IMG/VR virus record: IMGVR_UViG_3300023105_000150 | Location: 1 to 26,491 of that record | Source of the DNA: a virus | Lineage: Duplodnaviria; Caudoviricetes | Length of the DNA stretch: 26,491 nucleotides | Strand: one strand, 5' to 3' | Shown: one piece after another, positions 1-8,659 of the stretch | Layout of the letters: every line of letters begins with the position of its first letter | Position numbering within the stretch: the first letter of the stretch is position 1 | Made by a program: the position numbers and the translations under genes | The notes under the pieces: generated by a model | Seen by the model: only the letters and a program-made list of their open reading frames with translations | Told to the model about the DNA's origin: nothing | The model's database searches: none

Positions 1-8
1 AATGCCAT
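1..8 (-). CDS. Start of next gene (partial, runs off window), begins M-A-F/L; possibly a third Gly-rich paralogue
   Basis: Minus strand reads AAGGATATAAATACGTT-ATG GCA TT. The two upstream paralogues also begin ATG GCA TTT (MAF). Only 8 nt are visible. Confidence 0.45.
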
Positions 9-12
9 AACG

Positions 13-20
13 TATTTATA
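13..20 (-). promoter_or_regulatory. T4-type late promoter TATAAATA
   Basis: Exact match to the T4 gp55 late promoter consensus, intergenic, 4 nt upstream of an ATG. Confidence 0.6.
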
Positions 21-24
21 TCCT

Positions 25-879
25 TTAGTAGTACATAACGACAACTACCATGCCGCTTTTTCCGTTTGCGCCTCTGTGTCCATTAAAGTAACCACCCGAT
101 CCACCTGCACCTGGAGATGCATGACTTTCGTGTCTGTGACTAAAATGACCACCTTGTGGATGTCCAGCTGCTACTGCACCTCCCCAATAATTTTGTCCGC
201 CTACTGACGAACGTGTGTGATGGGGTTGTCCACCACCACCGTAAATGTTTAAATTACCACCTGATCCAACACCTCCTAGTCCACCTGAGTGTTGGTTATT
301 TCTGTTTGCTCCGCGGCCGCCACTTGCTGAACAATAGTTTCCAAATGAGCTTCCTCCGCTGTTGCCTCCAGCACCTGAGTAGTATGTACCACTGCCGCCA
401 CCGCCAATACTTACACTTACACTATTAACTCCTGTTACGTCAATAATGCGCTCTGAATATCCGCCAGCTGCTCCTGACTCTCCATGTCCCGAGCCGCCAC
501 CTCCGGCACCTTGTACTTGTACTTTTACATAGCGAACGCCACTTGGTTTATTCCAAGTTCCGTTACCTGTATAAACACTCATACCATATATGCCGTGGTT
601 ACTAAATGTAGTTCCGTTTCCTGAACTATTAACTGTAAATAGTTGATATGCACTTCCAACACTTGTTCTACCAGTTCCACCTTTTGATGTAGGTGTAGTA
701 CCTGTAACAACATTAGAACTCATGTCTACAGCGTTAGTATCTATTTTTGCTGATGTAACATTGCCGCCAACAATTTTACCATTAGTTACAAGACCATCTG
801 CTAGGTCTGCCGCTGTAAGTGTATCATCAACGATTGCTGTGCCTGTTATACGTTTTAATGTTTGATAACTAAATGCCAT
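25..879 (-). CDS. Glycine-rich tail fibre/adhesin-like virion protein, 284 aa (paralogue 2)
   Basis: N-terminal 'VTxxKI' short repeats and a 'PxSKGGTG' fibre motif. C-terminal 'GTWNKPSGVRYVKVQVQGAGGGG...GMVVV' Gly-rich domain typical of phage tail proteins. AAGGA RBS upstream. Confidence 0.8.
   Translation of the reverse strand: MAFSYQTLKRITGTAIVDDTLTAADLADGLVTNGKIVGGNVTSAKIDTNAVDMSSNVVTGTTPTSKGGTGRTSVGSAYQLFTVNSSGNGTTFSNHGIYGMSVYTGNGTWNKPSGVRYVKVQVQGAGGGGSGHGESGAAGGYSERIIDVTGVNSVSVSIGGGGSGTYYSGAGGNSGGSSFGNYCSASGGRGANRNNQHSGGLGGVGSGGNLNIYGGGGQPHHTRSSVGGQNYWGGAVAAGHPQGGHFSHRHESHASPGAGGSGGYFNGHRGANGKSGMVVVVMYY
245..297. repeat. 53-nt exact direct repeat, copy 1 (copy 2 at 1112..1164)
   Basis: atgtttaaattaccacctgatccaacacctcctagtccacctgagtgttggtt is identical in both Gly-rich genes. 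Confidence 0.9.
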
Positions 880-891
880 TTCAAATCCTTA

Positions 892-1740
892 TTAATAATA
901 CATGGTTACAACAACCATTCCTCTTAATCCATTTGAACCTCTATGTCCATGGAAATATCCACCTGCGCCGCCTGATCCAGGAGCGCCATGTCCTTCGTGT
1001 CTGTGACTGAAGTGTCCACCCTGCGGGTGTCCTCCTGCAATAGAACCGCCCCAAAATGTACTTCCGCCGATTCCTGTACGCTGGTGATGGCTTCCGCCTC
1101 CGCCTCCATACATGTTTAAATTACCACCTGATCCAACACCTCCTAGTCCACCTGAGTGTTGGTTGTTTCTATTTGCTCCTCGGCCGCCTGAAGCACTTAG
1201 GTAGTTGCCAAATGATGTGCCGCCTGCGTTACCGCCTGCGCCTGCGTAGTATGTTCCGCCGCCTTCGCCGCTGATACTAATACTAACTGAACTAATGCCA
1301 GTAACATTTAAAATTCTTTCTGAATAGCCACCCGAACCTCCTGATTCTCCGTGACCGCTTGCACCACCGCCCGATGCTTGTACTTGTACTTTAATATATC
1401 TTACATTTGATGGTCTAGTCCAAGTTCCGCTACTAGTCCAAATTTGCATACCATAAATACCATGCGGAGTAGTTGTTAATCCTGATCCGTTACTTGTAAT
1501 AGCTCGGTTTGCTCCGCTAAAACTGCTTGTTCCTAAACCGCCTTTTGATATAGGTAATGTTCCTGTAACAACATTGGATGTAGTATTAACTGCATTTGTA
1601 GCAAACTTGCTAGAAGTAACAGCATTATTAGCTATTGTACCGGTATCAACAGTTGTATCAGCTAAGTTAGCATTACTAATTGTTTCTGATACAAATGAAT
1701 CTCCTGTTAATCTTTTTAGTGACTGATAACTAAATGCCAT
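892..1740 (-). CDS. Glycine-rich tail fibre/adhesin-like virion protein, 282 aa (paralogue 1)
   Basis: Collinear with 25..879 over its full length (MAFSYQ...MYY). AAGGA RBS upstream. Confidence 0.8.
   Translation of the reverse strand: MAFSYQSLKRLTGDSFVSETISNANLADTTVDTGTIANNAVTSSKFATNAVNTTSNVVTGTLPISKGGLGTSSFSGANRAITSNGSGLTTTPHGIYGMQIWTSSGTWTRPSNVRYIKVQVQASGGGASGHGESGGSGGYSERILNVTGISSVSISISGEGGGTYYAGAGGNAGGTSFGNYLSASGGRGANRNNQHSGGLGGVGSGGNLNMYGGGGGSHHQRTGIGGSTFWGGSIAGGHPQGGHFSHRHEGHGAPGSGGAGGYFHGHRGSNGLRGMVVVTMYY
1112..1164. repeat. 53-nt exact direct repeat, copy 2
   Basis: Identical to 245..297. Confidence 0.9.
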
Positions 1741-1750
1741 ATTACTATCC

Positions 1751-2203
1751 TTAAATTGCCTCTACTGTCCAGCCTCTGCTGCTGTTATAATAAACAAGTG
1801 TAACTGATGCACCATTTGTGTCTAGCAACATATCATCTGCTGTTCCCATAATGTTTGACCCATTACGTGCGATTGTTATGTTTGAACTTTGTATATTACC
1901 TGTTGTATCTGTAATTTTAATTGTATCGTATGCTTTAGGCGATGAAGGAAGTGTAAGTGTAATACCGTTTCCTGTTACCCAATAGTTTCTATTTGCTACC
2001 ATTGTTGTATTGCTGTTAACGCCTGCAATTGGTAGTGTATCTCTTACAGGATGCCAGCCAGAACCGTTATAGATTTCTAACTGGTCTGTATCAGTGTTAT
2101 AAAACTGCACACCAGCATTTGTAGAAGCTGGTCTGTCAGACTCTCTACCAATTAGTGTTTTTAAATTACTAGGATAAATTCCTAAACTAACGTTTCTGCC
2201 CAT
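1751..2203 (-). CDS. Small tail-fibre/baseplate-associated protein, 150 aa
   Basis: Contains an 'RP...G.QFYNTDT..LEIYNGSGW' fibre motif and an 'ITLTLPSSP...D.I.I.D...NITIARNG..I.G...D...LVY....GW' beta-sandwich resembling T4 gp9/gp10/gp34-proximal domains. GAGGA RBS upstream. Confidence 0.7.
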   Translation of the reverse strand: MGRNVSLGIYPSNLKTLIGRESDRPASTNAGVQFYNTDTDQLEIYNGSGWHPVRDTLPIAGVNSNTTMVANRNYWVTGNGITLTLPSSPKAYDTIKITDTTGNIQSSNITIARNGSNIMGTADDMLLDTNGASVTLVYYNSSRGWTVEAI

Positions 2204-2215
2204 TATACTTTCCTC

Positions 2216-2536
2216 TTACGCTGTTGATGTCTCTAAACCGTAAATCATTACACCTGTGCTTGCAGCACTTGCTCTAACAATTACATTACGATCTGCTTCA
2301 ACTACAACACCAGTTCTTTCAAGAACACCGCCGGGTAACACTTGTGCTTCATATTCAATATATTCAGCGTTACTAGGTGTGTTATTTTCAGCTAGTGCAA
2401 CTCTTACTGTAGCTGTACTTGCGCCTCTGTTAACTACGTTAATAGTTATTACCGCAAAATGATCAGCTGGCACAGTGTACACGATTGTGTCAGTTGCTGC
2501 TGCTAAATCATTTGCTCCTAATACTCCATTTGCCAT
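2216..2536 (-). CDS. Small conserved virion protein, 106 aa, all-beta; distant paralogue of 16635..16964
   Basis: Pattern 'IVYTVP...I.VVN......VRV......YI.....V.PG..L...G.V......V.VR'. GGAG RBS upstream. Confidence 0.7.
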   Translation of the reverse strand: MANGVLGANDLAAATDTIVYTVPADHFAVITINVVNRGASTATVRVALAENNTPSNAEYIEYEAQVLPGGVLERTGVVVEADRNVIVRASAASTGVMIYGLETSTA

Positions 2537-2554
2537 TTTAATAATTCTCCAATC

Positions 2555-5500
2555 TTATCTCAAGAAATAGTTGTATGCTATCGGTAAACCAAGTACAGTT
2601 TTAGTAAAGTTTACGTTTGCATTGATATTTATCTTCTCTCCAGACACCGTTGTAATTTGGTTGGTATTAACAAAGATGTCACCCGCTGTAACACTGTTAA
2701 CGTTTAGCTGAGCACCACCGCCACCAATTTGGGCTTCAATGTATGCTTTAACTGCACGTTGCGTAGGTACAACATTATCACTGTTTGCAGTGAAGAACGG
2801 GTCTGTACTAAACTCGTTAACTGCTGCTGAGTTACCACCTAATGTAACTTCACCAAGTGTAAGTTCTTGTAGACCTGCAATGTTAAACGCTTCAGCATTC
2901 AATGTTGCAACACCAGTGGCCTGTTCAATTTGGAACAAGTCACCAACTCTAAAGTTACCATCTTGGTCAGTTGATGTAAAGAACACTCGTCCGCCGTCGG
3001 CGTCTTGTGTTTCATACTGCGGATCTGGTTGTATTGTAGGTTGCCCCGGATAGTTAGTAGTTACAAAACCACCGGTACCTATGTCTAGGAAGTCGTGTCC
3101 TGTTAGACGTACCTGACTAAATCTAATACGCATTGTTACAGGATCATCGTTTGGTGGAGCATCTGCAATACTCATTTCTGGTGATAACTGCAAGAATGCA
3201 GTATATGAACCATCATTTTGACCAACAAATGACACTGTATTAACAAGTTTAAATACTTTGCCTGGTATACTATCAAACACAACGTTCGAACCTGAAACTG
3301 GTCTTTCTGTTAAACGTCTAATAGCAACATACTGTCCATCTTGGAAGAAGTCAGCACCACCGTTACTTGCATCAGCTTGTATTTCTGCACTTGCTGTAAT
3401 AAAGTTAGAACCTCTGTTTACAAAACTTGGATTACCTAGTACACCGTCTGCTGTTCTTACAATTAGTTCAACATCATCGATTGCACCAGGGTCTGTAAGT
3501 GTAAGTGTTGGTGCGCCTGCTGTATAGTTTGAACCTGGTTCAATTATTCTGATAGCAAACACTTTTTCACTTGCAACACTTGCTCTACCACGTGCTCTTG
3601 CACCTAAATAACTAGCATATGCTGTTGTGCCTGTTGATCCGGTAGTTACAAATTTACCTAATCTATCTGGATTACCAAATGCAATGTTTTCTCCGCCTAG
3701 TGTACTAGTTGTTGCTGTCCATGTAATACCATCTTCAGAGAAGTAGCCATTTCCGTTTGTGAGCTGCATGACAAACACACCTTGTCCATAAGCTATAGAA
3801 CTTGATGTTACAGCACCTAATGATGTTTGTCCAACATACCAAGTATCTCCGTCTAAACTATATCCTATTTGGCCACTGTCTGCCATTGCAACAAATCTAC
3901 CATTACCCCAAACAATGTCTTGCCAGTTCCACGCTGTTAATGCACTTACATCACTTGCTGTATTCCATGTTAAACCTTTGTCATTTGACCATGCAATGTT
4001 AGTTGTTCCTGGATCAACTGTTACAAATAATCCCATACCGTATGCAATTTTTTGATATCCAGGTCCTGGTAATGCTGCTGTAACTACTGTCCAACTAGCG
4101 CCACCGTTTAAACTGTATGCTACGTCTGATGTATTTGGATTAACTACAACAAATGCTCCTTCACCAAAGGCAATGCCATTTTCATTGGTGCCAAAGTTTG
4201 TTCCGATTGTACTAGTTGCCCAGTTATCTCCGTCTGCTGTGTATTGTGCAGTGTTAGTATTATTACCAACAATAACCATTGCACTTGGCTTATATGTCGA
4301 AGATCCATCGTCTAATAGTCCAGAAGCTGCATCTCTAGTTGCAAAACTTGCTGCTAGTGTATCTGTTGTCCAAGTGCTTCCATCAGTACTAACATTTACT
4401 GTTGAACCACTTGAGCCAAACACAAAGAACTTACCTTTTGCTGCTATTCCGCTAAAGTCAAAGTCTACAACAGAACCATCAGTTGCATCAATAGTTGTAA
4501 CTGTAATTGTAATATCGTGTGTTCCTGTTGTACCGCCTACGTCAGAACCGTCAATAGTAATAGTATCTAATCTTACATACTCTTCGCCGGCGTTGTTTAG
4601 TGTTACATAGTATTTTTCACCATTTTTAGTAACATCAAATGTTGCACCACTACCGTCGCTACTTGTTGTAGTACTTACATTAAAATACTGTGCAGCGTGT
4701 TCCATAAAATGTGCTTTAGAGTGTGTTTGACTCGAAGCAAGAGTTATACTATCTCTTGACTGCGGAGGAGCAGTAAATTCTACACACGGTTCAACAATAT
4801 ATGTTGAAGATCCGTTTGGTGAAACAATCGGTGTTCCAGAAAGTGCATGTTCCCAACCTGCTGTTCCGTCGTTCTTTAATACTGTAGCAATTTTTGAACC
4901 TGAGTTATAAGTATCAATTTTTGCATATTGTCCAACGCCTGCGCCGCCTGTAACATAAACTCTCATGCCTACATAAGCACTTGAAATTGAGCCGTCTGTC
5001 GCTGCGAGAGTAATACTTGTTAAACTACCTGCCTGTGCAGTGTTAGATACAACTGTATATCCGCTACCGCCTGCTGTATCTGGTGTTGTTTCATATACTC
5101 TAACTCTGTTAACAGCGTTATCGCGGAATTCGTCTGCAATTAGTTCTTCACCAGTACCTGCACCAAAAATATTAATTGTTGCTTCGGTATAATCATTACC
5201 AGCATGTGAATATTCTAGTGTAAGTATTCTATCAGTATCAGTAAGTACATTTCCGATTGTAGCATTATACTGTCCTGTGTTATCAACAACACCAGTTACT
5301 GGTGTTTCGTCTGGGTCTACGCCTTCTGCTACACTACCAAATGAACCGTAGGAGTTGTTACCATTTGTTGCACGAATACGTCCTCCGCTTTCAGCTAAGT
5401 AACCAATGTGTGAGTAGTATGTAAACACCGACACAAGTTCTGCTCTACCGTTGTTAGTGATCCAAGCACCAATACCGTCACTAATAACCTGTGTAAAGTC

Positions 5501-8500
5501 GTTTGACACCATTGAGTCGTTGCCACCGTTGTGTAATGCGCCGTCAATCTTTTGACCAACTGCTGCATTACCAAAACATGTACAGTTTTGCATATAAGGC
5601 GAACGTGCGCTAATCCACACACGCTCATCATCTGGACCCCAACCTGGATCTAGCGATGCATAAGCACCTGCTGTCGGACGTTTAGTTCCAAATTCGTTGT
5701 TTGGACTTAGGTCTCCGTTTAGACCATCTAGTGATTGTAATCTCAATCCAGTACCGTTACGCATGTAATAGAAATCTTCTTCTTGTGAACCTAATACACT
5801 GTTTACATAATAGCGTACTGCAAGTCTAGTTTTATATGCTCCCGGTAAGTATAGTTCAACACCGTCAGTATAAGATCTGTGCCATTCTTGTGGCCATTCT
5901 AGATCCCACTTAATTGCGTTAACATATTCTCTTACATCACGCTTACATTTTTCTTGACTATAATCGTAATCTTTGGCTACTGTATAAGTTGTAGTTACTC
6001 CTGTAAAGGATGAAAGGTTTCCTTGATCATCTTCAACTCTAAAATCAGTATTGCTTATAATTTCTCTGACATAATATGCTTGATTTTGAATTGAAACATT
6101 TTGTGATAGATCTGTTTCAGTGTCACCTGATTCTATACTAAACACAACTGGCATGCCTAATTCTAACCAACTAGTATCATCAATTGTTAGATAGTTTGAA
6201 GCGCCGCCAGGGTTTGCACCTACAGTGTTTGTAACTTGTGCTTTAAATCTATCTTGTACATACGCAACAACTTCTTCAGCAATAAAGTCTTTGTTTAGCT
6301 CTAGCATACGTATAGCATTCCAAACTTCTTGATCTGCTACAGCATCATTCCCGCCTTCTGCACTACCAGTCCAGATTGCGTCTTGGATCCATTCCCAAGA
6401 TTTTTCTAAACCTTCATCTGCTACATTTCCTGTTGGATTTGCATCTAATACTTCTTGAAGTTTCATTCTTGCAAATTCATTTGCAGCTATTGTAGCATCT
6501 TTTTGATCGCCTGTAACTTTTGCACTAGGACGTCTTAGATAACTGTATGCTGCAATAACACTAGCATATTCTGTTCCTAACATCCAATCATAACGTGCAG
6601 CGTCAAGTAATAGACCAAGGTCTCTTTGACACTTAGCATGATCGTAATTGAAATCATTATATGTGTCACTAATAAACTGAATAGTGTCAACAATTACTTG
6701 TGGTCTAGCAGTATCAATTGCTGCTTTTTCAGTTTGTAGTGTAGCACTTGCCCAAGTAATGCTTGGATATACTGCTGCTGGTAAACCGTTTAAAGTTCCG
6801 GCTGTAATAGCGGCAGTGATAATTGTAATTTTAGCATCTAATTCTGCTGCTTCGGTTGCAGTTGCAGGACTACCTAGTGTAGTTTGCAATTCTGAATGAC
6901 CACTTTGTGCTGTAACAGTTTGTTCTTGTACAATCTGTTGGATAATTGAACTTGCATGTGCATATGCTGCAACAGTTTGAAGTTCCTGACCGTATACTTG
7001 TGTAGTACCGTTGACAAAATAACTTTCTGCAACACGAGTTGTTGCTGCTGTTCCGCCATAAAGAATGTCATATGTCATTGCATCTACGATATAACCTACA
7101 TCTCTTTCACACTTGTCTGCATTGTAAATAAATGTTCCTGGCGGATTGTTAAATGTATTTTCAACATATTGTCTTACGTCTGCTTTAATAAAATCTCTGT
7201 TTGCAATTAGCAATTCCTTAGCATCAATTCTATTCTGATCTGCACCTGCTGGATTAGGGAATGTAAGTGCATCTGCTACACCATCACCTGGTTCAGTTGT
7301 ACTAATTGTTCCGTTTCTAATAATGTCGACAACTTCATTAATTGCATTTTCAAAACTAGTAGTTGCTGCTGCATCTGTAATTTCAGCTGCCATAAGATTT
7401 CTTGCATGTCTAATTGCACCAATAGTTTCTTTCTTTTGATTGTTTAACAAGTAAGCACTGTTGCCTCTTTGATATGCAATACCATTATAAACTTGGTTAT
7501 AGTTGGTACCAAATGCAACGTCATATGCAACATCGCCCAAAATATTTGTTAAATCTCTGCGACACTTAGCAGCATCATATTTAAAGCTACCAAAGTTTTT
7601 AGCAATAAAGTCAATTGTTTCTTCTTGAATAGTAGGTAGTTCATTAACACATGCAGTGCTTGCTGTAATTAAATTTGTGTTAACACCAACTAGTGAAGGA
7701 TAAGAAATACTTGCGTTTCCTGGGCCATTGTCAACAATATCAATCATATCGTCAATTAATGTTCCAATTGTAGTTGATTGTGTTGCTGTTCCGCCTACAC
7801 CTGTAACTTGTGCTACATCTGTTTGATAAACCGGCGTAACTGTAATGTTACGTTGCACTGTTTGCATTAGTGCTTTTAAATAGTTATAAGCAGCTAGTGT
7901 TGCTGTTTTTTCTTCACTATCAATTTGTAATGTTCCTGAAGCACCATTGAAGTACGCAAGTCCTGCATTTTGTGTCTGCCAGTTACCACCGTAAGTTAAA
8001 TCGTATGCAAGTGCATCGACAATAAATCCTACGTCTTGTTTACACTTAGTTCTGCTATAATCTAAATCCGGATATTGATCTGATAGATAAGCAACTACCT
8101 CAGCTTTTAAAAATTCTGCGTTTCTCCAAATAAGATCTCTTGCATGTCCGTTTTCTGGTACTGCCATATCGTTAGCAAGTGTAAGTGTTTTACGAGCTTC
8201 TTGTTTTAGTCCAAGACCAATATCAGCTCTACGTTTAATATTACGTGCTAGATCAGTAACTGCTTGTACAGATTGCGGATTTTCTGCATAAGGCCAGCTT
8301 ACATTTTGGTCTAAAGTATTACCTGTTGTAGGTGTTACTGCAACACCACTTACAATGTCTCCAATAATACTTTCCATATGATCCATTCCTGAATAAGAAT
8401 ACCAAAAATCTGTTTTTGGTGTTAGATCCGGAGTATTATAAATCGTTCTAGGTTGTACGTTAGTTGCACGAAGTTCGTCGCCCATAACACAACATTCTGC

Positions 8501-8659
8501 TGGAACCATAATAGGTAATGTTTCTTTATAAGATCCTGTTGCAACTCTAACAAGTGTTGTTCTTACTGCCTTTTCAGGAAGCGTACTAGTATCACCTGCA
8601 GTGATCGCATCTGTAACTATCTTTCCTAGTTGTGCGATATTCTCAAAAATTGTTGCCAT
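2555..8659 (-). CDS. Large virion structural protein, 2034 aa: five KCx(R/Q)D helical repeats, pectin-lyase-like beta-helix, BNR/Asp-box propeller, conserved C-terminal domain; C-terminal part of a split paralogue of 10679..16180
   Basis: Long ORF with GGAGG RBS. Blocks shared with the 1833-aa protein: VMGDELRAT, SLDPGWGPDDER, NDFTQV.SDGIGAWITNN, IRATNGNNSYG, GHDFLDIGTG, STDQDGNFR, EFSTD....NVVPTQ.A. S.DG..W repeats at about 3640-4430. Confidence 0.85.
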   Translation of the reverse strand: MATIFENIAQLGKIVTDAITAGDTSTLPEKAVRTTLVRVATGSYKETLPIMVPAECCVMGDELRATNVQPRTIYNTPDLTPKTDFWYSYSGMDHMESIIGDIVSGVAVTPTTGNTLDQNVSWPYAENPQSVQAVTDLARNIKRRADIGLGLKQEARKTLTLANDMAVPENGHARDLIWRNAEFLKAEVVAYLSDQYPDLDYSRTKCKQDVGFIVDALAYDLTYGGNWQTQNAGLAYFNGASGTLQIDSEEKTATLAAYNYLKALMQTVQRNITVTPVYQTDVAQVTGVGGTATQSTTIGTLIDDMIDIVDNGPGNASISYPSLVGVNTNLITASTACVNELPTIQEETIDFIAKNFGSFKYDAAKCRRDLTNILGDVAYDVAFGTNYNQVYNGIAYQRGNSAYLLNNQKKETIGAIRHARNLMAAEITDAAATTSFENAINEVVDIIRNGTISTTEPGDGVADALTFPNPAGADQNRIDAKELLIANRDFIKADVRQYVENTFNNPPGTFIYNADKCERDVGYIVDAMTYDILYGGTAATTRVAESYFVNGTTQVYGQELQTVAAYAHASSIIQQIVQEQTVTAQSGHSELQTTLGSPATATEAAELDAKITIITAAITAGTLNGLPAAVYPSITWASATLQTEKAAIDTARPQVIVDTIQFISDTYNDFNYDHAKCQRDLGLLLDAARYDWMLGTEYASVIAAYSYLRRPSAKVTGDQKDATIAANEFARMKLQEVLDANPTGNVADEGLEKSWEWIQDAIWTGSAEGGNDAVADQEVWNAIRMLELNKDFIAEEVVAYVQDRFKAQVTNTVGANPGGASNYLTIDDTSWLELGMPVVFSIESGDTETDLSQNVSIQNQAYYVREIISNTDFRVEDDQGNLSSFTGVTTTYTVAKDYDYSQEKCKRDVREYVNAIKWDLEWPQEWHRSYTDGVELYLPGAYKTRLAVRYYVNSVLGSQEEDFYYMRNGTGLRLQSLDGLNGDLSPNNEFGTKRPTAGAYASLDPGWGPDDERVWISARSPYMQNCTCFGNAAVGQKIDGALHNGGNDSMVSNDFTQVISDGIGAWITNNGRAELVSVFTYYSHIGYLAESGGRIRATNGNNSYGSFGSVAEGVDPDETPVTGVVDNTGQYNATIGNVLTDTDRILTLEYSHAGNDYTEATINIFGAGTGEELIADEFRDNAVNRVRVYETTPDTAGGSGYTVVSNTAQAGSLTSITLAATDGSISSAYVGMRVYVTGGAGVGQYAKIDTYNSGSKIATVLKNDGTAGWEHALSGTPIVSPNGSSTYIVEPCVEFTAPPQSRDSITLASSQTHSKAHFMEHAAQYFNVSTTTSSDGSGATFDVTKNGEKYYVTLNNAGEEYVRLDTITIDGSDVGGTTGTHDITITVTTIDATDGSVVDFDFSGIAAKGKFFVFGSSGSTVNVSTDGSTWTTDTLAASFATRDAASGLLDDGSSTYKPSAMVIVGNNTNTAQYTADGDNWATSTIGTNFGTNENGIAFGEGAFVVVNPNTSDVAYSLNGGASWTVVTAALPGPGYQKIAYGMGLFVTVDPGTTNIAWSNDKGLTWNTASDVSALTAWNWQDIVWGNGRFVAMADSGQIGYSLDGDTWYVGQTSLGAVTSSSIAYGQGVFVMQLTNGNGYFSEDGITWTATTSTLGGENIAFGNPDRLGKFVTTGSTGTTAYASYLGARARGRASVASEKVFAIRIIEPGSNYTAGAPTLTLTDPGAIDDVELIVRTADGVLGNPSFVNRGSNFITASAEIQADASNGGADFFQDGQYVAIRRLTERPVSGSNVVFDSIPGKVFKLVNTVSFVGQNDGSYTAFLQLSPEMSIADAPPNDDPVTMRIRFSQVRLTGHDFLDIGTGGFVTTNYPGQPTIQPDPQYETQDADGGRVFFTSTDQDGNFRVGDLFQIEQATGVATLNAEAFNIAGLQELTLGEVTLGGNSAAVNEFSTDPFFTANSDNVVPTQRAVKAYIEAQIGGGGAQLNVNSVTAGDIFVNTNQITTVSGEKININANVNFTKTVLGLPIAYNYFLR

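Noticed and set aside
25-1740. Diversity-generating retroelement TR/VR pair
   Set aside because: Both copies are full genes, the differences examined next to the identical block are silent third-position changes rather than adenine-specific, and no reverse transcriptase is present in the window.
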